Positions 11,176 to 20,216 of a stretch of 64,000 bases of DNA are shown here, piece after piece. The notes under the pieces were generated by a model. The model was not told where the DNA came from and made no database searches. It saw only the letters and a program-made list of their open reading frames with translations. Source of the DNA: an uncultured Alphaproteobacteria bacterium (GTDB taxonomy: Bacteria > Pseudomonadota > Alphaproteobacteria > CAAGCB01 > CAG-977); assembly GCA_944393745.1 (NCBI GenBank), contig CALYBD010000005.1:11165-75164 (forward strand), given 5' to 3'. The translations under genes were made by a program, and so were the position numbers. How positions within the stretch are numbered: position 1 is the stretch's first letter; each line of letters starts with the position of its first letter.

Positions 11176-12983
11176 CGGAATTTCATTTTCTGCGCCCCGA
11201 ATGGTTTTGGGGCTTTGCCGTTTTTCTGCTGTTGCCGTTTTTGGCCAAAAAGACCCGATCCGGCGGAGGATTATGGCAGGCAATTTGCGATAAATTTTTA
11301 TTGCGATCCCAGTTGGTCAGCGGTTCCGGCGTACGTTTGTTCTGGCCGCTTTTTCTGATTTCCGTTTGTTGGATTATTGCTTTGCTTGCTTTGGCGGGGC
11401 CCGCATGGGAAAAATTGCCGCAGCCGGCCGTAAAAAAAGGAACCGATACTGTTTATCTGCTGGATATTTCCGTGTTTATGACGCCGACGGATATTAAGCC
11501 GTCCCGAATGAACAGGGCTTTGTTTAAAATGCATGATTTTCTGCAGGAAACAAAAGACGGACAGAACGCTTTGATTTTGTATGACAACGCGCCTTTTGTC
11601 GCCGTTCCTTTGACAACGGATCAAAAAGTCATAGATCAAATGCTGCCGACCGTTCAGGCCGGTATGATGGGCGGCCGTATGCCCAACGTTAACGCGGCGT
11701 TGCAAAAAGCCGGCGCGTTGCTGAAACAGGCCGGTGCCGCGGAAGGCCGGATTATTATGCTGGCCGGTTATTTATCCGATGATGAAATGCCGCAAACGCT
11801 GGCGACGGCGGAACAACTGCGAAAAGAAGGCTATACCCTGTCGGTTTTGGGAATCGGTTCAAAACACGGGGCGCCCCTTCAGATGGCAGACGGGGATTTT
11901 TTGATGCATCGCGGCAAGCCTGTATTGTCCGCATTGTCCGAACAAAATATGAAAAAAATTGCCGCTGCCGGCGCGGGCGTTTACCGTACAATCACTTTAA
12001 ATGAAAGCGATGTCCGGGCGCTTGTCGGGGAAAAATCACAGGCTGCGGCTGTTTTTGATGCCGAACCGCAAGACGAAATGCAGGCAGATACTTGGAAGGA
12101 TTTCGGCGCGGTTTTATGTATTTTGATTTTGCCTTTTGCCGCTTTCGGATATCGCCGAGGTTGGCTGGGCGGCTTGATCGTATTTGTTGTTTTTTCTTCC
12201 TCACCGGCTTTTGCCTGGTCCGTATCGGATTTGTGGATTCGTCCTGATCGCAAAGAGGCGGAACGCATTACCGCCGGAGAAAAACCCTCAAATCCTTCAA
12301 TATTTAAAGATAACGCCTGGTTGGGCGCTGCGGCCTATAAAGCCGGAGATTATCAAACGGCTGTTACGGCGCTGGCCGATCCGACAGACGCGGAAATGCG
12401 TTATAATCAGGGGAACGCTTTGGCTCAGGCCGGACAATATCGGCAGGCAATAGAAGCGTATAAAAAAGTGCTGGAAGAAAATCCGAATCACGTCGATGCG
12501 GCCTTTAATAAAAAATATTTGGAAGATCAACTGAAAAACAATCAACAGCAGCAGAACCAGGATCAGCAGCAACAACAGAACCAGGATCAACAGCAGCAGA
12601 ACCAGGATCAACAGCAACAACAGAACCAAGATCAACAGCAGCAACAGAACCAAGATCAGCAACAACAACAAAACCAGGATCAACAGCAACAACAGAACCA
12701 GGATCAACAGCAACAACAGAACCAGGATCAACAGCAACAACAGAACCAGGATCAGCAGCAGCAACAGAACCAGGATCAATCTGTATCGGCTGCGCAACAA
12801 CAACAGGAACAGTCGCAGCGTCCGCCGTCGGAAGAAAAGTCTTTGTCCGAACAGCAAACGGATCAGCAAGATCGGGAAAAACAGGAACAGCGTCAATGGC
12901 TCAGTGTGATCAAGGACGATCCGTCCGGTTTACTGCGTGAACGTATCCGCCGGCATAATTTAATTAAAGGAGGAAGAAGATAA
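11172..12983 (+). CDS. batB: BatB/BatC fusion: TM helices, VWA domain, TPR repeats, then a Q-rich repeat linker
   Basis: VWA motif (DISVFMTPTD), TPR repeats (AWLGAAAYKAGDYQTA..., YNQGNALAQAGQYRQAIEAYKK), then 11 copies of NQDQQQQQ. Operon context. Confidence 0.8.
   Translation: MTEFHFLRPEWFWGFAVFLLLPFLAKKTRSGGGLWQAICDKFLLRSQLVSGSGVRLFWPLFLISVCWIIALLALAGPAWEKLPQPAVKKGTDTVYLLDISVFMTPTDIKPSRMNRALFKMHDFLQETKDGQNALILYDNAPFVAVPLTTDQKVIDQMLPTVQAGMMGGRMPNVNAALQKAGALLKQAGAAEGRIIMLAGYLSDDEMPQTLATAEQLRKEGYTLSVLGIGSKHGAPLQMADGDFLMHRGKPVLSALSEQNMKKIAAAGAGVYRTITLNESDVRALVGEKSQAAAVFDAEPQDEMQADTWKDFGAVLCILILPFAAFGYRRGWLGGLIVFVVFSSSPAFAWSVSDLWIRPDRKEAERITAGEKPSNPSIFKDNAWLGAAAYKAGDYQTAVTALADPTDAEMRYNQGNALAQAGQYRQAIEAYKKVLEENPNHVDAAFNKKYLEDQLKNNQQQQNQDQQQQQNQDQQQQNQDQQQQQNQDQQQQQNQDQQQQQNQDQQQQQNQDQQQQQNQDQQQQQNQDQQQQQNQDQSVSAAQQQQEQSQRPPSEEKSLSEQQTDQQDREKQEQRQWLSVIKDDPSGLLRERIRRHNLIKGGRR
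12544..12779 (+). repeat. Imperfect 24 bp tandem repeat (aaccaggatcaacagcaacaacag), 11 copies, encoding (NQDQQQQQ)n inside batB
   Basis: Read directly from the sequence; one unit is 21 bp, and caa/cag wobble differences are the only variation. Confidence 0.9.
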
Positions 12984-14836
12984 TGAAGAATAAAATTATT
13001 TTTGCCTTTTTTATTTTGTTTGCTTTTTGTCGGACGGCCGCGGCCGGTTTTCAGGCCGATGTCAGCCGTACGGTTATTCCCGAAGGTGAAAGCTTTCAGT
13101 TGTATCTGCGTCAGGACGGCGGTGCCGATCAGCCGGATATATCCGTTTTAAACGAAGATTTTTTAATCGTTATGGAACGTAAAAGTTTCAAGTCGAGTTA
13201 TGTCAACGGTAAGACGCAAACGTTTAACGAAAATGTGTTGACATTGATTCCCAAAAAAACAGGGGAAGTGATCCTGCCGTCCATTCGTGCGGGCAAAGAA
13301 CAGACGAAACCCGTTAAACTGACGGTTATTGCCGGCGGGCAGGCTTTACCGTCTGATCCGGCGGACAGAAAGAAAGTGCAGGCGGCTCAGCCCAATGTAT
13401 TTATTCGTTCGTCGGTTGACAATAAAACGCCGTATGTCGGCCAACAGATACCTTTGACGGTCAGGTTATATTCGTTTGTTCAGACGCCGCTGTTGGACGG
13501 TGCCGTCACGCCGCCGCAGGCTGACGGTATTACGGCCGAACAGTGGGGCGATGTCAAACGGTCGCGGGAAACGGTCAACGGCAGAACGTATGATGTTTTG
13601 GAATATAAGTTTTTGTTATTTGCCCAAAAAAGCGGCCGTATCACCTTGTCCCCCGTTCATTTCAGGGGGACGATCAGCGATCCGGAAGGACGCGATGATA
13701 CCATGGAGGATCTGTTCGGTTTCGGCGGTTCGGACTTTTTTTCGGGCTTTTTCGGCCAGAAAAATATAGCGGTGCAATCGCCCGGCATTACTTTGGACGT
13801 TCAGGGAAAGCCGGATCAGGCAGATACGGGCAATATATGGTTGCCGGCTTTGGACGTTGCCGTTTCCGAAGATTTTACCCCGCCGAAACAAACGATTGCG
13901 TTGGGCGAAGCGTTGACCCGGACGGTGACGGTTATGGCCGCCGGCGTGCGTGATACGCAGCTGCCCGATTTGTTGTTTCCGGACGGGACGGATTATAAAC
14001 AATATCCCGGAAAAACGGATTCAAAAAACCTGTTTGACAACAACGGCATCGTAGGGGTAAAGACCCGCCAGATTGTCTTTATGCCGCTCAAAGCCGGGCA
14101 GATTACTTTGCCGCAGATGGAAATTCCCTGGTTTGACGTTAAATCAAAGCAGATTAAAAAAGCCGTTTTGCCGGCGCGTACGATCACGGTAACACAAACG
14201 GAAGGATCTGCGGTTGTTCCCGAAAATCCGTCTGTTTCCGCAAAAACCGTTTTACCACCGCCTTCGCCCGTTTCCGAACGCCGGGATCCGGCAGAATCCG
14301 AATTTGCACAGGCTTTTTCCCAACCGCCGGAAAATACGGCCGAACAGCAGGCCGCGGCGGCTTTTTGGGAAAAATATGCCGCTTTGCCGCCCGGATATTT
14401 GTTTTTGGCAGGCATCTTGGCCGGCGGCGCGGCTGTCGGCATTTTATGGCTGATTTTCTATTTTCTGCTTTTTAAAAGAAAACCGGCGGCTGAAGTGCAA
14501 AACAACCGTTCGGCCTTGCAATACCGCGAAAGCATTAATCGGGTGAAAACGGCCTGTCTGTCCGGTTCCGCCGAACAAACAAAACAGGCTTTGTTGGACT
14601 TAGGGGGCGTGTTATGGCCGCAAAATCCGCCGTTGACGCTTTCGGATCTGGCAAATCGGTTTGAAGATGAGTCTTTGTCAAAACAGATGGAAAATCTGAA
14701 TCGAGCCTTGTATGCCGGCGCGGCAGCCGATTGGAATGCAAAAGAATTCTGGGCGATTTTTAAAAAAATTGACGCCAAAGCTCAAAAACAAAAACACAAT
14801 GAAAAAATTCCGGTCCCGCCGCTTTATCCCGATTAA
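12983..14836 (+). CDS. batD: BatD, the secreted or membrane-anchored aerotolerance-operon protein
   Basis: 617 aa protein with a signal peptide, a C-terminal TM helix (LFLAGILAGGAAVGILWLIFYFLLF), and the size and operon position typical of BatD. Confidence 0.7.
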   Translation: MKNKIIFAFFILFAFCRTAAAGFQADVSRTVIPEGESFQLYLRQDGGADQPDISVLNEDFLIVMERKSFKSSYVNGKTQTFNENVLTLIPKKTGEVILPSIRAGKEQTKPVKLTVIAGGQALPSDPADRKKVQAAQPNVFIRSSVDNKTPYVGQQIPLTVRLYSFVQTPLLDGAVTPPQADGITAEQWGDVKRSRETVNGRTYDVLEYKFLLFAQKSGRITLSPVHFRGTISDPEGRDDTMEDLFGFGGSDFFSGFFGQKNIAVQSPGITLDVQGKPDQADTGNIWLPALDVAVSEDFTPPKQTIALGEALTRTVTVMAAGVRDTQLPDLLFPDGTDYKQYPGKTDSKNLFDNNGIVGVKTRQIVFMPLKAGQITLPQMEIPWFDVKSKQIKKAVLPARTITVTQTEGSAVVPENPSVSAKTVLPPPSPVSERRDPAESEFAQAFSQPPENTAEQQAAAAFWEKYAALPPGYLFLAGILAGGAAVGILWLIFYFLLFKRKPAAEVQNNRSALQYRESINRVKTACLSGSAEQTKQALLDLGGVLWPQNPPLTLSDLANRFEDESLSKQMENLNRALYAGAAADWNAKEFWAIFKKIDAKAQKQKHNEKIPVPPLYPD

Positions 14837-14905
14837 GTTGTTCACTGTTTATTTACGATACGGGCGTATAACCTGTAAATAACAGTTAATGTCGGGAAAG
14901 TCGGA

Positions 14906-15973
14906 TTGATGCGCAGTCAGCATTTAAATCATGCCGTTTTGGTGTCGCTTTTATGGTGCGCGGCCGTGTTTGTTTTTGTCGGTATGAATTTTATGAAATT
15001 TGAATCCGCGTCCCGTGATTTGCGGGATTCCAGAATTGAAACGGCTTTGACGGAATTGCAGCGCGCGCTGCAGACCGAAATGGACAAAGGAACAATCCTG
15101 CCGGGTATTGAAAAGGCCGAAGACCGCTTGTTTCATTATGCCGCCGAAAATGACGATGTTCTGTCCGTTATGGTGTTTGATACGAAAACGGGGAAAATTC
15201 TGTTCAGTACCGTTGCGGCACAGATCGGGGTAAACGTACCTGATCTTTGGCGTGAAAAATGTGCCGCCCCGGGGACGGTTTTTGTTGAAACGCAGGAAGA
15301 CAAAGAAACAGTCGGTCTGCCGGTTTTAAATTCTTTTTTGGAAACGGAAGGCTGCCTGGCGGCCGAATATAAAACGGAAATAAATAAAGTCGTTCGGGAA
15401 AAAATGATATCGACGTCGTTTCATTTCGCCGTCCGTCTGGCGGTTATCGGCGTTGCCGCCGCTTTTTTGATTTGTTTTTATCCGACATGGTCTTTTTTTA
15501 TTTTCGGAACAAAAAAAATCCGTTCGATCGTGGCGGCGGTTGTTTTTTCGGGCATATTGCTTTTGATGCTTCAGATGAATTTTTCGACAATGTTTCGAAA
15601 GTTCGAACAGGATTTGCGTATGCAAACGGCGGCCAAAACACAAACAATCGCCCGGCAGGTCAAAAATTTAATAGAACTGGCCGTACACAGCGGAATGCCG
15701 TTTAAATCCGTCAGCGGATTGGAAGCTTATCTGGATCAGATTCGTCAGAAAAACAAAGAGATTTTGTTTATTCTGGTAACGGATAAAACCGGACGCGTCC
15801 TGTATGAATCGGGGGCTGCTGCCAAGGCGTTTGATGCCGATCCGCGTACGGGGAAGATTTCTTTGCGTGACGGCTTTTATAATGCTGCGGAACCTGTCAG
15901 CGATGACGAATCCGCGGTGGGCTGGGTTCAGATCGGCGTTAACGAAAGGTTTGTGCGTGAAAAAATTTTTTAG
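14906..15973 (+). CDS. Membrane protein with two TM regions flanking soluble domains; sensor-like, with no kinase or output domain
   Basis: 355 aa protein with a TM helix near aa 10-30 and a TM cluster near aa 185-235. No catalytic motif I recognise. Confidence 0.45.
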   Translation: MMRSQHLNHAVLVSLLWCAAVFVFVGMNFMKFESASRDLRDSRIETALTELQRALQTEMDKGTILPGIEKAEDRLFHYAAENDDVLSVMVFDTKTGKILFSTVAAQIGVNVPDLWREKCAAPGTVFVETQEDKETVGLPVLNSFLETEGCLAAEYKTEINKVVREKMISTSFHFAVRLAVIGVAAAFLICFYPTWSFFIFGTKKIRSIVAAVVFSGILLLMLQMNFSTMFRKFEQDLRMQTAAKTQTIARQVKNLIELAVHSGMPFKSVSGLEAYLDQIRQKNKEILFILVTDKTGRVLYESGAAAKAFDADPRTGKISLRDGFYNAAEPVSDDESAVGWVQIGVNERFVREKIF

Positions 15974-16958
15974 TTGGTTTTTCTTTTTGCTGATTTTTCC
16001 GTTTTTCAGCGCCCAGGCGCAGGCGCCGGCAAAAGTTTATATGGTTTTGTGGGACGGCTGCGAAGAAGCCTGCCGGGGATTTTTGGATTATTTAAAATCC
16101 GTTCACTATGATGTGGAAATCATTCAACGCAACCTGAATAAAAAAACAGATAAAATTCCAGATTTAACGGCGGAAGTCAAAGAACTTTCCCCTGATCTGC
16201 TGGTGACTTGGGGGACTTTGGCTACATTAAAGATGTTGGGGACCCAGGATAACGGCCCCGTTTCGAAATACGGTGCGGTACCGGCTTTGTTTATGGTTGT
16301 TTCCCAGCCGGTGGAAAGCGGGCTGGTTTCTTCTTTGGTGTCGCAGGGACGCAACATTACGGGGGTCATGCATTTGGTTCCTTTGTCCGAACAGCTGCAA
16401 TATGCCAGACAGATTATGCCGTTTAAGCGTTTGGGGATTATTTATAATCCGGCGGAAACAAATGCGCAGATTGCCGTGGATCAGTTAAAACGATATGCCT
16501 CCATGATGAATTTTGAATTGTTGGATCGTCCCGTTCCTTTGGACAAGAAGGGGAATCCCAAGGCCGAAGAAATTGCTGCTCAGGTTGCCGAATTGGCCGA
16601 AAACAAAACAGATTTGATTTATTTGGGCCCGGACGCCTTCATGAATGCGAACCGTCGGACTTTGATCGATACGGCCGCGGCTTTTTCCATTCCGGTGTTT
16701 TCGGCTTCCGAAGGGGCCGTGCGGCATGATAATGCCTTGTTTGCTTTTGTTCACCGCTATTACACGGTCGGACAGATGGCCGGCAGAAAAGCAATGAAAA
16801 TTTTAAAAGATAAAATTCAGGCGTACGATATCCCGATTGAAGCCCCGCCGCGCGCTTTATTGGTTGTGAATATGTCGGCGGCACAGAAAACGGGTGTTTA
16901 TCCGCCCTTGGCATTAATTCAAAATGCGGATTTAATCAATATTCCCGAAAAGAAATAA
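15957..16958 (+). CDS. Periplasmic ABC-type substrate-binding-like protein (PF04392-like)
   Basis: An in-frame GTG at 15957 gives a signal peptide (VKKFFSWFFFLLIFPFFSAQA). The motifs VYMVLWDG, GIIYNPAE and LIYLGPDAF resemble the uncharacterised ABC substrate-binding protein family. No permease or ATPase gene is adjacent. Confidence 0.5.
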   Translation: MKKFFSWFFFLLIFPFFSAQAQAPAKVYMVLWDGCEEACRGFLDYLKSVHYDVEIIQRNLNKKTDKIPDLTAEVKELSPDLLVTWGTLATLKMLGTQDNGPVSKYGAVPALFMVVSQPVESGLVSSLVSQGRNITGVMHLVPLSEQLQYARQIMPFKRLGIIYNPAETNAQIAVDQLKRYASMMNFELLDRPVPLDKKGNPKAEEIAAQVAELAENKTDLIYLGPDAFMNANRRTLIDTAAAFSIPVFSASEGAVRHDNALFAFVHRYYTVGQMAGRKAMKILKDKIQAYDIPIEAPPRALLVVNMSAAQKTGVYPPLALIQNADLINIPEKK

Positions 16959-17402
16959 TTATTTGCGCGGTTGTGTTTTCGGATAAGTTCTGACGGCGCC
17001 GTCTGCCAGTTTTCGCTGGCCGCGCGGGTATAAAAATTGTCCGTTCGGCGTTTTCAACGTCCCGTCCGAATAAAGTTCGAATTTAAAAATATCCATTTTT
17101 GAGAAATCGGCAATGGTCTGAGCACAGTCCCGTTTGCTGCGGCCGCGTTGAAAAATATAACTGTTTGCTTTTGCCGTGGCATATAAACGCAACGCGGCGT
17201 CTTCGGCCGCCTGGGTCGGCGATGTATTGCTGAAGTATCTGCTGAGAATTTCTTCAAACTGGTAGAGTTGGCGATAAGCACCGCACGCCAAAACAACACC
17301 GGCCAGCGTTCCGATACCTTCCGTATTTTGTGCGGACCGCGTCTGCGCCAAAGCGTTGAACGGCGCCGAAAAGATTAGAAATACAAGTAAAAAAACACGC
17401 AT
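16959..17402 (-). CDS. Secreted hypothetical protein
   Basis: Signal peptide MRVFLLVFLIFSAPFNALAQ; no family I recognise. Confidence 0.45.
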   Translation of the reverse strand: MRVFLLVFLIFSAPFNALAQTRSAQNTEGIGTLAGVVLACGAYRQLYQFEEILSRYFSNTSPTQAAEDAALRLYATAKANSYIFQRGRSKRDCAQTIADFSKMDIFKFELYSDGTLKTPNGQFLYPRGQRKLADGAVRTYPKTQPRK

Positions 17403-17565
17403 TTTTAAACTCTTAAAAAAAGACACATTAAAAGTTAATTTAGCAAACAAAGGTTCATAAAATACTAACATTCTTTTGACGACGGGATTTTCTCAATCAG
17501 TGTTTGACGAAAGTTTGCCGCCTCGTTTAAACTAAAAGGAAACAATCGTTTTAAAGGGGGTAGCC

Positions 17566-18837
17566 ATGCCGTATGAAAAAATAAAAGGAAAACTTCTGGT
17601 CGCGCAGGGCGGCGGGCCGACAGCCGTTATTAATCAATCGTTGGTCGGCGTTGTGCTGGAAGCGCGCAAATTCAATCGTGTCGATCTGGTTTACGGCGCC
17701 GTACACGGTGTACGCGGCATTGTGAATGAAGATCTGGTCAATTTGTCCAGTGAAACATCTCATAATCTGGAAATGGTGGGCAACACGCCTTCTTCTGCTT
17801 TGGGAACAACCCGGGACAAGCCGGATTTGAAATACTGTCAGCAGATGCTGAAGGTCATGCAGGCGCACGATATCCGTTACTTTTTGTATATCGGCGGGAA
17901 CGATTCGGCTGATACGACGCGTATTATCAGCGAAGAAGCCAAAAAAGCGAACTATCAGTTGCGCTGCATTCATATTCCCAAGACAATTGACAATGATTTG
18001 ATGCATAACGACCATTGTCCGGGCTATCCGTCGGCTGCGCGTTATGTGTCGCAGGCTTTTGTCGGATTGAACCGTGACAGTTGGGCTTTGGGCGGAACGG
18101 TAATTGCCGTTGTTATGGGACGCCACGCCGGATTTTTAACGGCGGCCGCCGCCATGGGTAAAAAATTTCCGGACGACGGGCCGCATCTGATCTATATGCC
18201 GGAACGCACGTTTGACATTAATGTCTTTGCCGAAGACGTCCGGCGCGTTTATGAAAAATATGACCGCTGTGTCGTTGCGGTCAGCGAAGGCATTCATGAT
18301 GCTTCCGGTCGCCCCGTCATTACACAATTGACAAATTGCCAGGAACGTGATGCGCACGGCAATATTCAGTTGTCCGGCTCCGGCGCTTTGGGAGATTGTC
18401 TGGCGCAGGTATTGCGTGAAAAGGTCGGGATTAAACGTGTGCGTGCCGATACGTTGGGGTATATGCAGCGTTCTTTTGTCGGTTGCGTTTCCGATGTTGA
18501 TCAGCGCGAAGCCCGTGAAGTCGGCGAAAAAGCCGTTCAATTTGCCATGTGGGGAAAATCCGACGGTTCCGTTGTTATTCGGCGCATCGGGTTCTATATG
18601 TGCGATTATGACTTGATTCCTCTGGATCAGGTGGCTGCAAAAACCCGAACGATGCCCGATGAATTCATTACACCTGAAGGCAATGACGTTACGGATGCTT
18701 TTCGTATGTATTTGCGGCCTTTGCTGGGATCAAGAATGCCGGACGCGTATCGTTTGCGTGCGCCGTTTATTCCGAAAATTTTAAACGAAGGCGCACCGTG
18801 TTCTTCGGAACGCCAGCCGAAATTGCCGCAGTGGTGA
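17566..18837 (+). CDS. 6-phosphofructokinase, likely the pyrophosphate-dependent type
   Basis: GGGPTAVIN, FLYIGGNDS and PKTIDNDL motifs; 423 aa, a length typical of the PPi-PFK group; RBS aaaggggg. Confidence 0.85.
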   Translation: MPYEKIKGKLLVAQGGGPTAVINQSLVGVVLEARKFNRVDLVYGAVHGVRGIVNEDLVNLSSETSHNLEMVGNTPSSALGTTRDKPDLKYCQQMLKVMQAHDIRYFLYIGGNDSADTTRIISEEAKKANYQLRCIHIPKTIDNDLMHNDHCPGYPSAARYVSQAFVGLNRDSWALGGTVIAVVMGRHAGFLTAAAAMGKKFPDDGPHLIYMPERTFDINVFAEDVRRVYEKYDRCVVAVSEGIHDASGRPVITQLTNCQERDAHGNIQLSGSGALGDCLAQVLREKVGIKRVRADTLGYMQRSFVGCVSDVDQREAREVGEKAVQFAMWGKSDGSVVIRRIGFYMCDYDLIPLDQVAAKTRTMPDEFITPEGNDVTDAFRMYLRPLLGSRMPDAYRLRAPFIPKILNEGAPCSSERQPKLPQW

Positions 18838-18870
18838 TCAAAAAAACCGGACGCGATGCGCCCGGTTCTT

Positions 18871-19584
18871 TTATTCTTTTTTAAAAACGATTTGTTTTAA
18901 AAATATACGCCAGGCGGCAGTGACGGCAGACGGATTTTCCAGCGGCGGCAGATGTCCGCTGTTTGTAATAACGGCATGAACGGCCGTCGGGATCTGCGCC
19001 GTCATCTGATCCAGTGATTCCGGCGGGGAAAGGGTATCCTGCGCGCCGCCCAAAACCAAAACGGGGCAGGGAATGTTTTTTAATAATTCCGTTGAATCGG
19101 GACGGCTCATAATCGTTTTTTGTTCGTTAACATATTTATCAACGCCCGTCGTTTGTGCCATATGTTCCAAAATATGGCGGATAACGTCGTTTTGACGATG
19201 TTCGGGGGAAATAATGCCGATCAAAGCGGACTCCACAACGGCTTCAATTCCCTGTGCCTGTGCCGTTTCGATCATTTCCAGACGCTTTTTGCGCGCCGGT
19301 TCGGGATCGGCATGGGCATTTGTGTCCATTAAAATCAGCCCGGCAACGCGCTGCGGTGCCTGACGCAGAATTTCAAAAGCGACATAGCCCCCCATTGAAA
19401 TGCCGCCCAGAACAAATTGCCCGCGGATTTGGGATAAAATCCGCCGCGCAGCGTCCGCGACGTTTGTATCCAATCCCAGATCAGGGACAAAAAAGTCGGC
19501 TTCGTTTTCCAACGCTTTGATCTGATGGATAAACAATCCGGCATTACATAACAGCGCGGGCAGTAAAACAACAGGCGTTTTCAT
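18871..19584 (-). CDS. Alpha/beta-fold hydrolase
   Basis: GxSxG nucleophile elbow (GISMGG) and a length typical of the fold. Confidence 0.7.
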   Translation of the reverse strand: MKTPVVLLPALLCNAGLFIHQIKALENEADFFVPDLGLDTNVADAARRILSQIRGQFVLGGISMGGYVAFEILRQAPQRVAGLILMDTNAHADPEPARKKRLEMIETAQAQGIEAVVESALIGIISPEHRQNDVIRHILEHMAQTTGVDKYVNEQKTIMSRPDSTELLKNIPCPVLVLGGAQDTLSPPESLDQMTAQIPTAVHAVITNSGHLPPLENPSAVTAAWRIFLKQIVFKKE

Positions 19585-19596
19585 AAATAAAAATCC

Positions 19597-20145
19597 TTAT
19601 CTGATCAAACGGTTTTGTATGTCTTTGAATTCCGGGGTGCCTGCTTTTCTTAACCATTCGAATAAAACCATTTCCACGGTGGTCAGGAAAATGCCTTCCT
19701 GGCGGAAACGGGTTTCGGCGGCAGTTTCGTTTTCCGCGGTACGACTGCCCGAAGCATCGGTAACGATAAAAACATCAAAGCCTTTTTCTTTTAATTCGAC
19801 GGCAGTTTGTAAAACGCAGATGTGTTCTTCGATGCCGGCAATGATGATCTGTTTTTTGCACAGATCGTTTAATTTTTCCATAAATCCTTCTTCCTGCACG
19901 GCGGACAGGCTGATTTTCGGGAAATAAAGCGCATTTTGCGGCGCGGCGTCCTTGATGTCGAAAATAGAGGCACCGAGCCCTTTGGGATACTGCTCTGTAA
20001 TGATGACGGGAATGTTTAAAATGTCGGCACCTTTTAACAAACGGGCGCACCCGTCAATAACGCGCCGAGGGGCGTTTGTCGCAGGAGCCAGGCGTTCTTG
20101 AACGTCTATGATCAAAAGACATGAATCGGTTTTGTTAATTAACAT
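19597..20145 (-). CDS. Isochorismatase-family cysteine hydrolase
   Basis: LLIIDVQE...ITEQYPKG...catalytic Cys in EEHICVLQTAVE. Start taken at MLINKTD; the ORF track extends to 20208. Confidence 0.75.
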   Translation of the reverse strand: MLINKTDSCLLIIDVQERLAPATNAPRRVIDGCARLLKGADILNIPVIITEQYPKGLGASIFDIKDAAPQNALYFPKISLSAVQEEGFMEKLNDLCKKQIIIAGIEEHICVLQTAVELKEKGFDVFIVTDASGSRTAENETAAETRFRQEGIFLTTVEMVLFEWLRKAGTPEFKDIQNRLIR

Positions 20146-20216
20146 TGTTCTGACCTTCGTTTCGGTATATAACTTTTTTATTCGTGCCACATTTTTAACG
20201 GAATACAAACATAAAA

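Noticed and set aside
10156-11283. Long antisense ORFs across batA (10156-10413 minus, 10191-10505 minus, 10732-11283 minus)
   Set aside because: They overlap the strongly supported VWA-domain gene on the other strand and translate into Arg/Gln/Pro-rich low-complexity sequence.
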